From Candidatus Nanoarchaeia archaeon (GTDB lineage: Archaea; Nanobdellota; Nanobdellia; SCGC-AAA011-G17; GW2011-AR17), in contig JAQTVM010000004.1 of the NCBI GenBank assembly GCA_028706745.1, forward strand, positions 5,137 to 69,136: 64,000 nt of DNA, read 5' to 3'. Made by a program: the position numbers and the translations under genes. The stretch's first letter is position 1, and each line of letters begins with the position of its first letter. Under the pieces are notes generated by a model that was not told where the DNA came from, did not search any database, and saw only the letters and a list, made by a program, of their open reading frames with translations. Positions 18,342 through 26,734 of this stretch are shown here, piece by piece.

Positions 18342-18644
18342 TTAGCAGTGCCTAATCTTAAGTTTTCCGCACATTGCCAGCTTATGCTCATGCTCAAGGT
18401 TTGTGAATCTCTCTTCAATCTTAAGAATCTTGTCAACTTTCTTTTCAGTGTCTTCTATGCCTTTTCTTATTTTTCCAAGCTTGTAAGCTGCGCCAAGTAT
18501 TGCTGTGCCGCCTCCAAAGTAAGGCAGCATCTCAACCCATACAGGCGAATGTATTATTCCGAATGCTTTCAGCAGCGCCCACGCAAGAATAAGCAGCGAG
18601 CCCGCGATTATTACAACATCCCATATATCCCATTTTTTGTTCAT
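18342..18644 (-). CDS. small membrane protein
   Basis: 100 aa: two predicted TM helices followed by a charged helix. Confidence 0.5.
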   Translation of the reverse strand: MNKKWDIWDVVIIAGSLLILAWALLKAFGIIHSPVWVEMLPYFGGGTAILGAAYKLGKIRKGIEDTEKKVDKILKIEERFTNLEHEHKLAMCGKLKIRHC

Positions 18645-18740
18645 GATTATTCATCTCCTTTTGTTCTTTATATACCTTTTGTTAAAATAAAAAAAGAAGG
18701 GCAAGCCGCGCGTTTCAAGCCCTCTCTTTCGTATGAAGGC

Positions 18741-18905
18741 TTACTGCCCTCCGAATACTTTCTCAAAGTAGCCCATGGGTTTTATGTCTGTTATTGTTGT
18801 CTTGTGCAAAACCCACTTGCCGTCCTTGCTCATCTTAACGCCTGTCTTTATGATAGGCTGCTGGTTAAGCTGCTCAAGCTTCTTTTCTGTCAGCTCTCTT
18901 GCCAT
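18741..18905 (-). CDS. small hypothetical protein (54 aa)
   Basis: Not in the track. A GGAGGTGA SD lies upstream. Translation: MARELTEKKLEQLNQQPIIKTGVKMSKDGKWVLHKTTITDIKPMGYFEKVFGGQ. It is preceded by the promoter module shared with the PIN genes. Confidence 0.4.
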   Translation of the reverse strand: MARELTEKKLEQLNQQPIIKTGVKMSKDGKWVLHKTTITDIKPMGYFEKVFGGQ

Positions 18906-18945
18906 TCAACTCACCTCCTGCCCCTGTTTTTCGGGACTCAAGGCA

Positions 18946-18997
18946 TTTTGCAGAACTTATATAAAAAGTTTTGTCCGGAAAATCGCTCCTTTTTCCG
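18946..18997 (-). promoter_or_regulatory. shared promoter module, copy D (TATA box plus CGGAAAA-N7-TTTTCCG palindrome)
   Basis: ttttgcagaacttatataaaaagttttgtccggaaaatcgctcctttttccg. Near-identical blocks occur at 35509, 42791 and 53505. Confidence 0.5.
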
Positions 18998-19078
18998 AAG
19001 TCAGTGAAGGATTTTCGGATTTATAAAGCGGAAAAGTTTTCAAGCTGCGTGGAAATGTTTCCAGAATGTTTAGAAATT

Positions 19079-19714
19079 TTATTCCCTTACCTTAATGCTG
19101 AACAAGTCCTTGAAAAATCCGGTTTTTTTCTTGACTTTTTCGGTTATTCCCGCTTTCTCAACCTTCGCGTCCTTGCTGCCCCACTTGTCAAAATAGCAAA
19201 AGTTGTTGAACTCGTTTCTTATGTGCCCTTCGTGCTTTTTGTCGTCAGGAAAGCCGAGCGTAAGCACCGCTTCCACTTTTACATCTGCAGGAACCTGCAA
19301 AATAGGGCTGTGAATAATCCTGTTCAGCTCTTCAGGATTGAATGCGCCCACCCAGCAGGTGCCTAATCCCCTTTCAACTGCAAGCAATTGAATGTAAGAT
19401 GAGATTATTGCGCAGTTTTGAGTCGAGAAAAGCATTCCCTTGTCCTTGTGCATGTCCCTTAATCTTTTGTGGAAATTGCAGACAACAATGAGCATTGGCG
19501 CCTCTGAAATCCAGTGCTGGCTGAAGCAGGCTTCTGAAATTTCCTTTTTCTTGTTTTTTTCTGTTATTATTATGAAACGCCAGTTCTGCGCATTGTATGC
19601 AGAAGGCGCAAGCCTTGCCATCTCAAGTATTTCGCAGACAAGCTCGTTAGGGACTTCCTGCTCCTTATACTTTCTCACGCTTCTCCTGTTTTGTATGCAT
19701 TGCTGAAGTTCCAT
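19079..19714 (-). CDS. nitroreductase family protein
   Basis: RRSVRKYKEQEVP, LAPSAYNAQNWRFIII and GLGTCWVGAF are classic nitroreductase segments. Confidence 0.8.
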   Translation of the reverse strand: MELQQCIQNRRSVRKYKEQEVPNELVCEILEMARLAPSAYNAQNWRFIIITEKNKKKEISEACFSQHWISEAPMLIVVCNFHKRLRDMHKDKGMLFSTQNCAIISSYIQLLAVERGLGTCWVGAFNPEELNRIIHSPILQVPADVKVEAVLTLGFPDDKKHEGHIRNEFNNFCYFDKWGSKDAKVEKAGITEKVKKKTGFFKDLFSIKVRE

Positions 19715-20457
19715 TATCCTTTCCTCGCCATTTTTGCCCTTGCGATGTTCATGTCCCTGTCAACATAATAAAGCCATCCCGGCTCCCTCTTAATCCTGCA
19801 TTCGTGAAGAACTTCCTGCTCCGGCTTTTCAGCGCTTCTTCCCCTTGCCATTTTTGCTCTCGCAAGGTTTCCGTCCTTGTCGAGAAAGTAAAGATACCCT
19901 TTTTCCTTGAATAGCCCGCTGTGCCTGCACAGCATGCCGTCTGTCTTCTCAAAAAAGCACAGGTCAATGAATTCGTTTCTAATCTTTTTTTTCTCTTCCT
20001 CTTCTGCTGAATGCCCCATGGTGATTACTGCCTCAACGCTTACATCATCAGGGCATTTGATTGCCGCCTTTACCTTGTCTTCGTCAAATGCGCCCACCCA
20101 GCAGGTGCTTAATCCCTTGTCAACTGCAAGCAATTGAATGTAAGATGAGATTATTGCGCAGTCCTGTATTGAAAAAATCTTTCCTGATTCTGCGTAAAGC
20201 GAAGTGAGCTTTTTTGAGAAATTGCATACAACCACGTGGACAGGCGCTTCCTTCATCCACGGCTTGTTTGCAGCCTCTGCTATTTTTTCTCTTTTGTCTT
20301 TTTCAAGAACAATTACAAATCTCCAGTTCTGCGAGTTTCCTGCTGAAGGGGCAAGCCTTGCAAACTCCATTATCTCGCCAAGCGTTTCAATAGGCACTTT
20401 TTTCGGAAGATACTTGCGCACACTTCCCCTTTCTGCTATGCATTCCTGCAATTCCAT
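19714..20457 (-). CDS. nitroreductase family protein with C-terminal repeat extension
   Basis: RGSVRKYLPKKVP, LAPSAGNSQNWRFVIV and GLSTCWVGAF. An extra ~70-aa tail has two copies of the LY(F/Y)(L/V)D+D.N.ARAKMAR motif. Confidence 0.8.
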   Translation of the reverse strand: MELQECIAERGSVRKYLPKKVPIETLGEIMEFARLAPSAGNSQNWRFVIVLEKDKREKIAEAANKPWMKEAPVHVVVCNFSKKLTSLYAESGKIFSIQDCAIISSYIQLLAVDKGLSTCWVGAFDEDKVKAAIKCPDDVSVEAVITMGHSAEEEEKKKIRNEFIDLCFFEKTDGMLCRHSGLFKEKGYLYFLDKDGNLARAKMARGRSAEKPEQEVLHECRIKREPGWLYYVDRDMNIARAKMARKG

Positions 20458-20474
20458 TCTCAGTTCACTTCGTT

Positions 20475-20533
20475 CCTTTGAGACTTCGTCTCAAGGTGCC
20501 GAAAATCTCGGATTTTCGAGCACCTTCGAAGGT
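20475..20533. other. three consecutive palindromes/hairpins in a divergent intergenic region
   Basis: TTGAGAC-TTC-GTCTCAA (20478-20494). GGTGC-CGAAAATC-TCG-GATTTTCG-A-GCACC (20495-20524). ACCTTCGAAGGT (20522-20533). Confidence 0.5.
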
Positions 20534-20596
20534 TCCCTTCGATTTTCTCGGTAACCATAGCAATACTTAAAAAGAACCCTGCTTTTATATTTTGCT

Positions 20597-22333
20597 ATGG
20601 ACTACAGCGAGCTTGCAGGCGCATACGATGAGCTTGAAAAGACATCAAAGAGGCTTGAAAAGACGGCAATCATTGCAAAAATCCTGAAAGACGCCTCAAA
20701 AGACGAGATTGCAGACGTAATCTGCCTTCTCCAGGGCTCTGTTTTCACTGCAGCTGAAAAGGACAAGCACATAGGAATAAGCTCAAAGCTTGCCGCAAAG
20801 GCGGTTGCAAACTGCGCAGGGGTTTCCCAGGAAAAGGTTGAGGAGCAGCTTGGCAAGGAAGGAGACTTGGGAATTGTCGCTGAAAAGCTGTTTGCAAAAA
20901 AGAAGCAGTCAACATTATTTTTGCAGAAGCTCAGCGTTAAAAAAGTTGTTGCAACAATAAGAAAGCTTTCTGAAATTGAAGGCAGGGGTTCTGTTGACAT
21001 GAAAGTGGGATTTGTTTCCCAGCTTTTGAATTCAGCCTCGGGCATTGAGGCAAGATATATTGCAAGGACTGTGCTTGAAAACTTGAGGACAGGAGTAGGA
21101 GACAGCACAATAAGGGACGCAGTGGTTCTGGCTTTTTCAGGATTCAGCCCTGATAACAAGGAAAAATACAGCGAAGCAATAAATGCAGTTCAGTCTGCCT
21201 ATGACTTGTCAAATGACCTGGGAAAAGTTGCGATTACGCTTAAGGAAAAAGGGATTGAAGGCCTGAAGGCAATTGAAATCTCTCCGGGCAATCCGCTCAA
21301 GGTAATGCTTTACGTAAAGGCGCAGGATTTTGCAGACGCATTTGAAATTGTGGGCAAGCCTGCACTTGCTGAAAGAAAGTTTGACGGTTTCAGGATGCAG
21401 ATTCACGGCGAAAACGGAAATATAAAGCTTTACACAAGAAGGCTTGATGACGTGACAAGGCAGTTTCCTGATGTTGTCGAGCTTGTGAAAAATGCAGTAA
21501 AGGCAAAATCATTCATAATTGATTCTGAAGTTGTAGGCATTGACCCGAAAACAAAAAAATTCCGCCCGTTCCAGGACATTTCGCAGAGAATACAGAGAAA
21601 GTACGGAATACAGGAGATGATTAAGGAGCTTCCCGTAATTGTTGAGATATTTGACGCAATGGAACTTCACGGCAGGAGCCTTTTGAACTTGTCATTTGAG
21701 GAAAGAAGAAAATCATTGAAAGGCATTGTAAAGGAAATTCCCGGAAGAATAGTGCTTGTTGAGCAGAAGCTTGTGAAAAGCGAGAGTGAGCTGGAAAAGT
21801 TTTATAATTCAGTCTTGAGGGAAGGCGTTGAGGGAGTGATGCTGAAAAACATTTCAGGCATATACAAGCCGGGTTCAAGGGTCGGATTCGGAGTAAAGAT
21901 AAAGCCGACAATGGAAACTCTTGACCTGGTAATCACAAGGGCTGAATGGGGCGAGGGAAAAAGAGCGCAATGGCTCAGCAGTTTTACTCTTGCGTGCAGG
22001 GATGATGAAGGTTTCCTTGAGATTGGAAAAGTCGGGACAGGCGTGAAGGAAAAAACAGGCGGAGAGGTTTCTTTTGAACAGCTTACTGAATTATTAAAGC
22101 CATTGATTATATCACAAAAAGGGAAGCAGGCTGTTGTAAAGCCAAAAATAGTTGTTGAAGTTCTTTATCAGGAAATCCAGAAAAGCCCCTCATATACTTC
22201 AGGATATGCATTAAGGTTTCCGAGAGTTGTGAGAATGAGGGATGAGAAAGGCGCAGATGACGCGAATTCTTTGTCAGATGTCGAGCGGCTTTATTATCAC
22301 CAGTTGTCAAGGAAGCACTCGAAAAAGCCGTAA
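20597..22333 (+). CDS. lig: ATP-dependent DNA ligase
   Basis: 578 aa. Adenylation motif I is AERKFDGFRMQIH (KxDG). Also EGVMLK, and an OB-domain C-terminus ending ...LRFPRVVRMRDEK. Confidence 0.9.
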   Translation: MDYSELAGAYDELEKTSKRLEKTAIIAKILKDASKDEIADVICLLQGSVFTAAEKDKHIGISSKLAAKAVANCAGVSQEKVEEQLGKEGDLGIVAEKLFAKKKQSTLFLQKLSVKKVVATIRKLSEIEGRGSVDMKVGFVSQLLNSASGIEARYIARTVLENLRTGVGDSTIRDAVVLAFSGFSPDNKEKYSEAINAVQSAYDLSNDLGKVAITLKEKGIEGLKAIEISPGNPLKVMLYVKAQDFADAFEIVGKPALAERKFDGFRMQIHGENGNIKLYTRRLDDVTRQFPDVVELVKNAVKAKSFIIDSEVVGIDPKTKKFRPFQDISQRIQRKYGIQEMIKELPVIVEIFDAMELHGRSLLNLSFEERRKSLKGIVKEIPGRIVLVEQKLVKSESELEKFYNSVLREGVEGVMLKNISGIYKPGSRVGFGVKIKPTMETLDLVITRAEWGEGKRAQWLSSFTLACRDDEGFLEIGKVGTGVKEKTGGEVSFEQLTELLKPLIISQKGKQAVVKPKIVVEVLYQEIQKSPSYTSGYALRFPRVVRMRDEKGADDANSLSDVERLYYHQLSRKHSKKP

Positions 22334-22446
22334 TTTCTTATTATTTATATATGCAGGAATAAAATATTCTTATAAGAATAATTTGGTGCGTAATCTTTAA
22401 AAACAGATTTTCGATTTTTGCTATTAAATGAATTTTAAAAAGAGTT

Positions 22447-22481
22447 TAGGAGGTATCGAAACTAGCGTTTCGGACCTCCTA
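22447..22481 (+). promoter_or_regulatory. 15-bp-stem hairpin in the metK leader carrying GGAGG and CCUCC arms
   Basis: UAGGAGG-UA-UCGAAAC-UAGC-GUUUCGG-A-CCUCCUA. The real SD GGAGG lies at 22491-22495 and the ATG at 22505. Confidence 0.45.
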
Positions 22482-22504
22482 CTAAAAGAAGGAGGAAATT
22501 AAAA

Positions 22505-23734
22505 ATGGGAGACGACTATGTACTTAGTTCGGAATCAGTCGGGCCGGGGCATCCGGATAAAATGTGTGACGTTATTTCAGACAGCATTCTTGATGCTTGC
22601 TTGAAAGAAGACCCTAACAGCAGGGTTGCATGCGAGACTCTGGTAAAGACTCTTAATGCAAAAGAAACAAAAAAAGGCAAAGGCGGAGTTGTTCTTGCCG
22701 GGGAAATCACAACGCTTGCAAAGCCGGATTATGAGAGGATTGCAAGAGAGGCAATAAGAAAGATAGGATACTCAGACGCTTCCTGGGGAATAGACCCTGA
22801 CAAATGCAATGTTCACGTCTGGCTTTCAACGCAGAGCCCGGACATTGCGCAGGGCGTTGACACTGCAGAGCAAAAAGAGCAGGGCGCAGGCGACCAGGGC
22901 ATTATGTGGGGCTTTGCAACAAGGGAGACAAAGCAACTTATGCCTCTTTCAGCATATCTCGCGCACAGGCTTGTTGAAAGGCTTGATGAATGCAGGAGAG
23001 AAAGCTATGATTCCTACGGAAAGAAAGGCAAGAATGGAGAATCAGTCCAGCCTCATTCCTATTTCAGGCCTGACACAAAAAGCCAGGTTGCAGTAAGATA
23101 CGAGGATGGAAAGATTGCGGGCTTGGACAATGTTGTTGTTGCATTGTCGCATTCGCCTGAAGTTGACATGGAAACATTAAGGGCGGATGTTTTGAAGGAC
23201 GTGATAAAGCCTGTTTGCGGAAAGTACCTTACGCCTGATACGAAATTCTTCATAAACGGCACAGGCAGGTTTGAGTTCTGCGGCCCGTATGCAGATGCAG
23301 GATTGACAGGAAGAAAGATTATTGTTGACACCTATGCAGGCATTGGAAGGCACGGCGGCGGAGCATTCTCAGGAAAAGACCCAAGCAAGGTTGACAGAAG
23401 CGCAGCATATGCGGCAAGGTATATTGCCAAAAATATTGTTGCTGCAGGATTCTCAGATGAATGCGAGGTCCAGCTTGGATATTGCATTGGGATTGCAGAG
23501 CCGACTTCACTTCTTGTAAGGGCAAAGGGAATGACAAAAGCTCAGAACAAGAAGCTTGCAAAGGCAGTAAGGGCTGTGTTCTCGCCAAAACCGGCTGACA
23601 TAATTGCGCATTTTGGTCTTAAGAATCCAAACGGTTGGTGCTATGCAGAAACAGCTGCCTTCGGGCATTTCGGAAGAGAGCAGTTCCCGTGGGAAAAAAC
23701 AGACTTGGCTGAAAAGCTGAAGAAGGCATACTAA
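22505..23734 (+). CDS. metK: S-adenosylmethionine synthetase, bacterial/eukaryotic MetK type
   Basis: ESVGPGHPDKMCDVISD, GAGDQGIMWGFA, DTYAGIGRHGGGAFSGKDPSKVDRSAAY. Confidence 0.9.
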   Translation: MGDDYVLSSESVGPGHPDKMCDVISDSILDACLKEDPNSRVACETLVKTLNAKETKKGKGGVVLAGEITTLAKPDYERIAREAIRKIGYSDASWGIDPDKCNVHVWLSTQSPDIAQGVDTAEQKEQGAGDQGIMWGFATRETKQLMPLSAYLAHRLVERLDECRRESYDSYGKKGKNGESVQPHSYFRPDTKSQVAVRYEDGKIAGLDNVVVALSHSPEVDMETLRADVLKDVIKPVCGKYLTPDTKFFINGTGRFEFCGPYADAGLTGRKIIVDTYAGIGRHGGGAFSGKDPSKVDRSAAYAARYIAKNIVAAGFSDECEVQLGYCIGIAEPTSLLVRAKGMTKAQNKKLAKAVRAVFSPKPADIIAHFGLKNPNGWCYAETAAFGHFGREQFPWEKTDLAEKLKKAY

Positions 23735-23738
23735 CTGC

Positions 23739-23776
23739 CTTTTTTTCTTATTTTTCTTTTATTTTCTTCTTTTTTT
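23739..23776 (+). terminator. oligo-T tract, archaeal-type terminator candidate after metK
   Basis: cctttttttcttatttttcttttattttcttcttttttt immediately after the stop codon. Confidence 0.4.
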
Positions 23777-23814
23777 CATAGCCTTTATATATTAATCCAA
23801 CATTACACCCAAGT

Positions 23815-24807
23815 ATGGACTACATACAGCGCTTTCTTTCTGATGAGGAGCCGAAGAAGCTTTCTTCACTTGAAAAAATGCTGCTTACTGCATCTGCATT
23901 AAAGCAGATTGACAGCGAAATGTTGAATTCAAAATACCAGCACAAATTGAACGAGCTTTATTATCCTGAGGAAAAGATTGTTAACTGGCTTGACACTTTA
24001 AATCAATCATATCTTTGGCAGTTTTTTGAAAAATATTTCAAGCCGAGGCTTTACAACGCTGAGAACATTCCTGACAAGACAGGCGCAATGCTGATTGCAA
24101 ACCATTCAACAATATTCCTTGCAGACCTGGCTCCAGTTTATTTTGGCGTTCACGAGCAGAAAAGGCGTTGTGTTTACGGCATGGCTTACAAGATGTTCGG
24201 GCAGTCTGATTTTCTGAAAACAATCGGTGGAGTTATAGGAAAGATGGAGAATGCCGTAAAGCTTTTGAATGACGACAAGCTGCTGATTGTATGCCCCGGC
24301 GGAATTCTTGACGCTTGCAAGCCTTTTTACGAAAGATATCTTGTAAGGCCTGTTGAAGGCTTTGCTCCTGAAAACTGCGGGTACATAAAGGCTGCTTACA
24401 AGGCAGGCAAGCCGATAATTCCCGTGGGGATAATCGGCGCCGAGGAAACACTATTTACATTGACAGACATGAAGCCTTTTGTGAAAAAAGTTATGGGCTG
24501 GCTTGATGAAAAATATTCCTTAAGCAAAAAGCCAAGGATTAAAGAGCTTTACGGGCTTGTTGATTTTGCAAAAATAATCCCGCTTCCATTGAATCTGTTG
24601 CCTTTCAGGAGCAATGTTGAAGGCTATGCCGGGCAGCCTATTGATGTAAGGAAGATTGTTGGCGAGAATCCGGTGCAGGAAGATTATGCAAGGGCAAACT
24701 CAGTCGTAATGCAGTCACTGCAAACGCTTATTGACAAGGGGCTTGGCAAAAGAAGGGATTGCGCAATGTTAAGCGGCATTGTCAAGGATATAATCGAAGT
24801 ATCTTAG
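23815..24807 (+). CDS. acyltransferase, LPLAT/PlsC superfamily-like
   Basis: 330 aa. IANHSTIFLAD (NH...D block) and VCPGGILDA (PGG block) resemble lysophospholipid acyltransferase motifs I and III. Confidence 0.55.
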   Translation: MDYIQRFLSDEEPKKLSSLEKMLLTASALKQIDSEMLNSKYQHKLNELYYPEEKIVNWLDTLNQSYLWQFFEKYFKPRLYNAENIPDKTGAMLIANHSTIFLADLAPVYFGVHEQKRRCVYGMAYKMFGQSDFLKTIGGVIGKMENAVKLLNDDKLLIVCPGGILDACKPFYERYLVRPVEGFAPENCGYIKAAYKAGKPIIPVGIIGAEETLFTLTDMKPFVKKVMGWLDEKYSLSKKPRIKELYGLVDFAKIIPLPLNLLPFRSNVEGYAGQPIDVRKIVGENPVQEDYARANSVVMQSLQTLIDKGLGKRRDCAMLSGIVKDIIEVS

Positions 24808-25853
24808 GCATAGTTGTTCTCAATGTAGTGCTCAGCCATTTTTCTCAGCCCATTTTTTGCAGAAGCGTGCTTTAATGCGAATCCAACGCTTTCCAGCTTT
24901 TCAATTGAGAAAACCTTTTCATAGGCAAGATAGTCAAGCCATGCAGTGTCTATGCAGGGGAAAAGTCCTGCTTTAACATTATGTTCTTCCCTGTATTTAT
25001 CCCACTTCTTTCTCAGGCGGCTGTTTGTTTTTCTTATTGCCTCCTTTGGCACCCTGTTTAGCATCCATCTTAATGCTTTCATTGCTGTTGGCGAATAAGG
25101 AATAACAGGATTTATTTCAACGCCAAACGGCTCTGCCATTGCTTTTGCAAAATCCTCCAGATATATCGGCGCGTCATCGCAGATATTGAAGGCATCCCCT
25201 GCCAAATCTTTTCTTTTTAAAAGAAAAACAGCCGCTCTTGCAACATCTTCTGCGTGCACGTGGCTCGCCCTTGGACCTTTTTTTATCATTGGAATCTTCT
25301 TGCCTTGCAGCATCCTGAATATGGGCAATGCATCCTTGTGCTGGCATCCGATTCCGTAAACAAAAGAAGGGCGGAGCATTGCGATGGGCAGAATATTCTT
25401 GTATTCCTCAACCGCTTTCTCTGCATTGTACTTGCTTAATTCGTATGCATTTCTCGGCATTTTTGCATCCTCTTCATAGATTGGAGCCCTGCAGTTTTTG
25501 CCGTAAACCCCTATTGAGCTTAAATGGACAATCATGTCTATATTCGGATTATTCTGCTTTATGGTTTCAAGAAGATTTCTTGTTCCGAGATGGTTTACCT
25601 TGTCCAATGCATCTGCATTTGCATCCAATCTTACAAGCCCTGCTGTGTGGATTATTGCGTCTGCTTTTTTTACAAGATTAACAAGAGTATCGGGTTTTGT
25701 GACGTCTGTTTTTTCGTATTCATAAGGACAGAATCCCCTGTCTATTTCATAAATATCTGTTGCAAGCACGCCGCAACCCTGCCGGAGCAGTTCATTGACT
25801 ATGTGCCTGCCTATGAATCCTTCAGAGCCTGTCACGAGAATGCGATTTGCCAT
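24804..25853 (-). CDS. NAD-dependent epimerase/dehydratase (extended SDR)
   Basis: N-terminal ILVTGSEGFIGRHIV Rossmann motif and YELSKYNAEK (YxxxK). Confidence 0.8.
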   Translation of the reverse strand: MANRILVTGSEGFIGRHIVNELLRQGCGVLATDIYEIDRGFCPYEYEKTDVTKPDTLVNLVKKADAIIHTAGLVRLDANADALDKVNHLGTRNLLETIKQNNPNIDMIVHLSSIGVYGKNCRAPIYEEDAKMPRNAYELSKYNAEKAVEEYKNILPIAMLRPSFVYGIGCQHKDALPIFRMLQGKKIPMIKKGPRASHVHAEDVARAAVFLLKRKDLAGDAFNICDDAPIYLEDFAKAMAEPFGVEINPVIPYSPTAMKALRWMLNRVPKEAIRKTNSRLRKKWDKYREEHNVKAGLFPCIDTAWLDYLAYEKVFSIEKLESVGFALKHASAKNGLRKMAEHYIENNYA

Positions 25854-25854
25854 A

Positions 25855-25926
25855 AGCCTCCGACGGGAGTTGAACCCGCGACCTACTGCTTACGAGGCAG
25901 TCGCGCTACCACTGCGCTACGGAGGC
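25855..25926 (-). tRNA. tRNA-Thr (anticodon CGU)
   Basis: Folded by hand. Acceptor GCCUCCG/CGGAGGC, D stem GCGC/GCGC, anticodon stem ACUGC/GCAGU with loop CUCGUAA, T arm GCGGG-UUCAACU-CCCGU. Confidence 0.9.
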
Positions 25927-25942
25927 GCAAGTTTTCAGTCTT

Positions 25943-26098
25943 TTACTTGACCATTTCCCTGACTTTGTCGCCGTACTTCTTCTGGCAGCTGCTGCAAACT
26001 GCCTTTTTTCTTTTTCCTCTTCCGACATAAGCCCCGAATATCTTTTCAAGGAAATTCGCTTCTATCTTTTCTCCGCATATTTCGCATTTCAATGCCAT
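25943..26098 (-). CDS. small zinc-ribbon protein (51 aa)
   Basis: Not in the track. MALKCEICGEKIEANFLEKIFGAYVGRGKRKKAVCSSCQKKYGDKVREMVK has a CxxC...CxxC pattern. Confidence 0.5.
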   Translation of the reverse strand: MALKCEICGEKIEANFLEKIFGAYVGRGKRKKAVCSSCQKKYGDKVREMVK

Positions 26099-26207
26099 GC
26101 AATTCCTTACTCCCTCTCTGTTTATAAGCCTTTCTTGAATCAGGAGAGGGCTTCCTGCCTGCTTATCCTTACCGGCATTTCATAATCTTTATAAAATCAT
26201 ATGAAGT

Positions 26208-26528
26208 ATGAGTAATTCAAAGGAGCGTGATACAATGTGCGAATACTGCAACTCAAACGATATTGACAGGGCAAAGGCACAGGATGCCGCCAAAACTTAC
26301 AAGGCAATGGAGCGTCATTCAATTGTTCCTGCAGACGATGTTTTCGAGCATATGCTTGCGATTTACAGCAATCCTGTTATGGCTGATTATGCGGTGAAGC
26401 GCATTGAGTCAAGGAATGTAAAATGCACTCTCAGGGGGCAGATTGGGGTTCTTGCAGGCGATGTTGTTTCTGAGCTTGAATCCCTGCTTTTCTGCAGAGG
26501 GGATGTCTCATCCTTGCTTGACGGCTAA
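26208..26528 (+). CDS. hypothetical protein
   Basis: 106-aa ORF. No motif recognised. An internal ATG (MCEYC) is an alternative start. Confidence 0.45.
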   Translation: MSNSKERDTMCEYCNSNDIDRAKAQDAAKTYKAMERHSIVPADDVFEHMLAIYSNPVMADYAVKRIESRNVKCTLRGQIGVLAGDVVSELESLLFCRGDVSSLLDG

Positions 26529-26582
26529 TGGCAACGCTTAAATACTCTCCTGTCCTATATATTACTTGAAAGGAGGTGCAAA

Positions 26583-26696
26583 ATGGGTATATTCGACTGG
26601 TTTAAGAAGAAAGACGAAGAGTCGTGCAGCTGCTGCTCCTGCGGAGAGCCTGCAAAGAAAGCTCCTAAGAAAAAGCCAAAGAAGAAAAAGCGATAA
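26583..26696 (+). CDS. small Cys-rich, Lys-rich peptide (37 aa)
   Basis: Not in the track. An AGGAGGTG SD lies 6 nt upstream. Translation: MGIFDWFKKKDEESCSCCSCGEPAKKAPKKKPKKKKR. Confidence 0.4.
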   Translation: MGIFDWFKKKDEESCSCCSCGEPAKKAPKKKPKKKKR

Positions 26697-26734
26697 GCAG
26701 TTTTATATATTCCTTCTTTATATTTATTTTTTCA

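Noticed and set aside
22366-22379. 14-bp palindrome ATTCTTATAAGAAT upstream of metK
   Set aside because: It is an AT-only palindrome in an AT-rich spacer and is likely to arise by chance. The GC-containing leader hairpin is the better-supported element.
25524-26030. 168-aa ORF on the plus strand crossing tRNA-Thr
   Set aside because: It reads through the antisense of the epimerase gene, the tRNA and the small zinc-ribbon gene. There is no independent support for it.
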